Shown piece by piece: positions 63,651-64,000 of a DNA stretch of 64,000 bases. The position numbers were made by a program, and so were the translations under genes. The notes under the pieces are model-generated. The model was not told where the DNA came from, searched no databases, and worked only from the letters and a program-made list of their open reading frames with translations. Source of the DNA: Camelus ferus (Eukaryota); contig NC_045696.1 of assembly GCF_009834535.1 (NCBI RefSeq), forward strand, positions 15,874,001-15,938,000, read 5' to 3'. Position 1 is the stretch's first letter. Each line of letters starts with the position of its first letter.

Positions 63651-64000
63651 ACCAGCTGATTTTTTACACAAGTGCAAAGGCAATTACATTGGGAAAAAAT
63701 AGCCTTTTCAAAATGGTTGATATAATTGGACATATATATGCAAAAAAAAGTGAACCTCAATTTAAACCTCGTACCTCACACAAAAATTAACTCAAAATGA
63801 ATCACAGATTTCCATAGAAATGTAAAACTATAAAACTTTTAAATAATTTTCTTCATAACTTCAATTAGGCAAAGAACCAAAAGCATGAATGCTGCCAAAA
63901 AAAAATCATAAATCAGACCTCATCAAATTAAAAAATGTTCACTCTGTGAGAGACACTATTAAGAAAATGAAAAGATAATCCATAGTCCAGGAGAAGATAT

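Larger units (their letters stand above)
59025..64000 (+). mobile_element. Old L1 ORF2 (endonuclease through RT/C-terminal), decayed, hosting four nested insertions and running off the window
   Basis: tggaaatttcaaaactcctctc (GDFNTPL-like), ttgtttcaagtgcacctgggaca...aaaatagactatatactg, tgtggaatgcagctaaagcagtgctcagagggaaatttatagc, gaacaatgcaaggttgcccactctcatcactcct (GTRQGCPLSPL-like). Confidence 0.93.

Noticed and set aside
1..64000. CRISPR arrays, operons or prokaryote-style defence systems
   Set aside because: The sequence is mammalian and non-coding, with no regularly spaced repeat-spacer array and no dense ORFs.

Overview
Mammalian, repeat-rich, AT-rich non-coding DNA, very probably from a camelid (alpaca/llama/camel). 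It carries four tRNA-derived SINEs of the camelid Vic-1 type, and I saw no ruminant (BovB/Bov-A) or pig (PRE-1) elements. I could not support any protein-coding gene. The ORF track is explained by chance ORFs, decayed L1 ORF2 pieces and two Tigger transposase remnants. The window is dominated by L1 blocks (about 16.1-18.2, 21.1-25.8, 39.8-40.7 and 59-64 kb), MaLR/ERVL/ERV1 solo LTRs, Tigger/MER DNA transposons and old MIR/L2 fragments. The best-supported oddities are a 43-nt tailless 5S rRNA retrocopy with a target-site duplication inside an MLT1 LTR, a twin-primed (5'-inverted) L1 insertion, and a four-copy alternating inverted repeat at an L1 3' end. More tentative are a minus-strand exon candidate containing a hairpin and a few CpG- or motif-rich candidate regulatory patches. 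I found no convincing evidence of a novel multi-gene system. Repeat subfamily names come from my recall of consensus sequences and need RepeatMasker/Dfam confirmation. Most boundaries are approximate.
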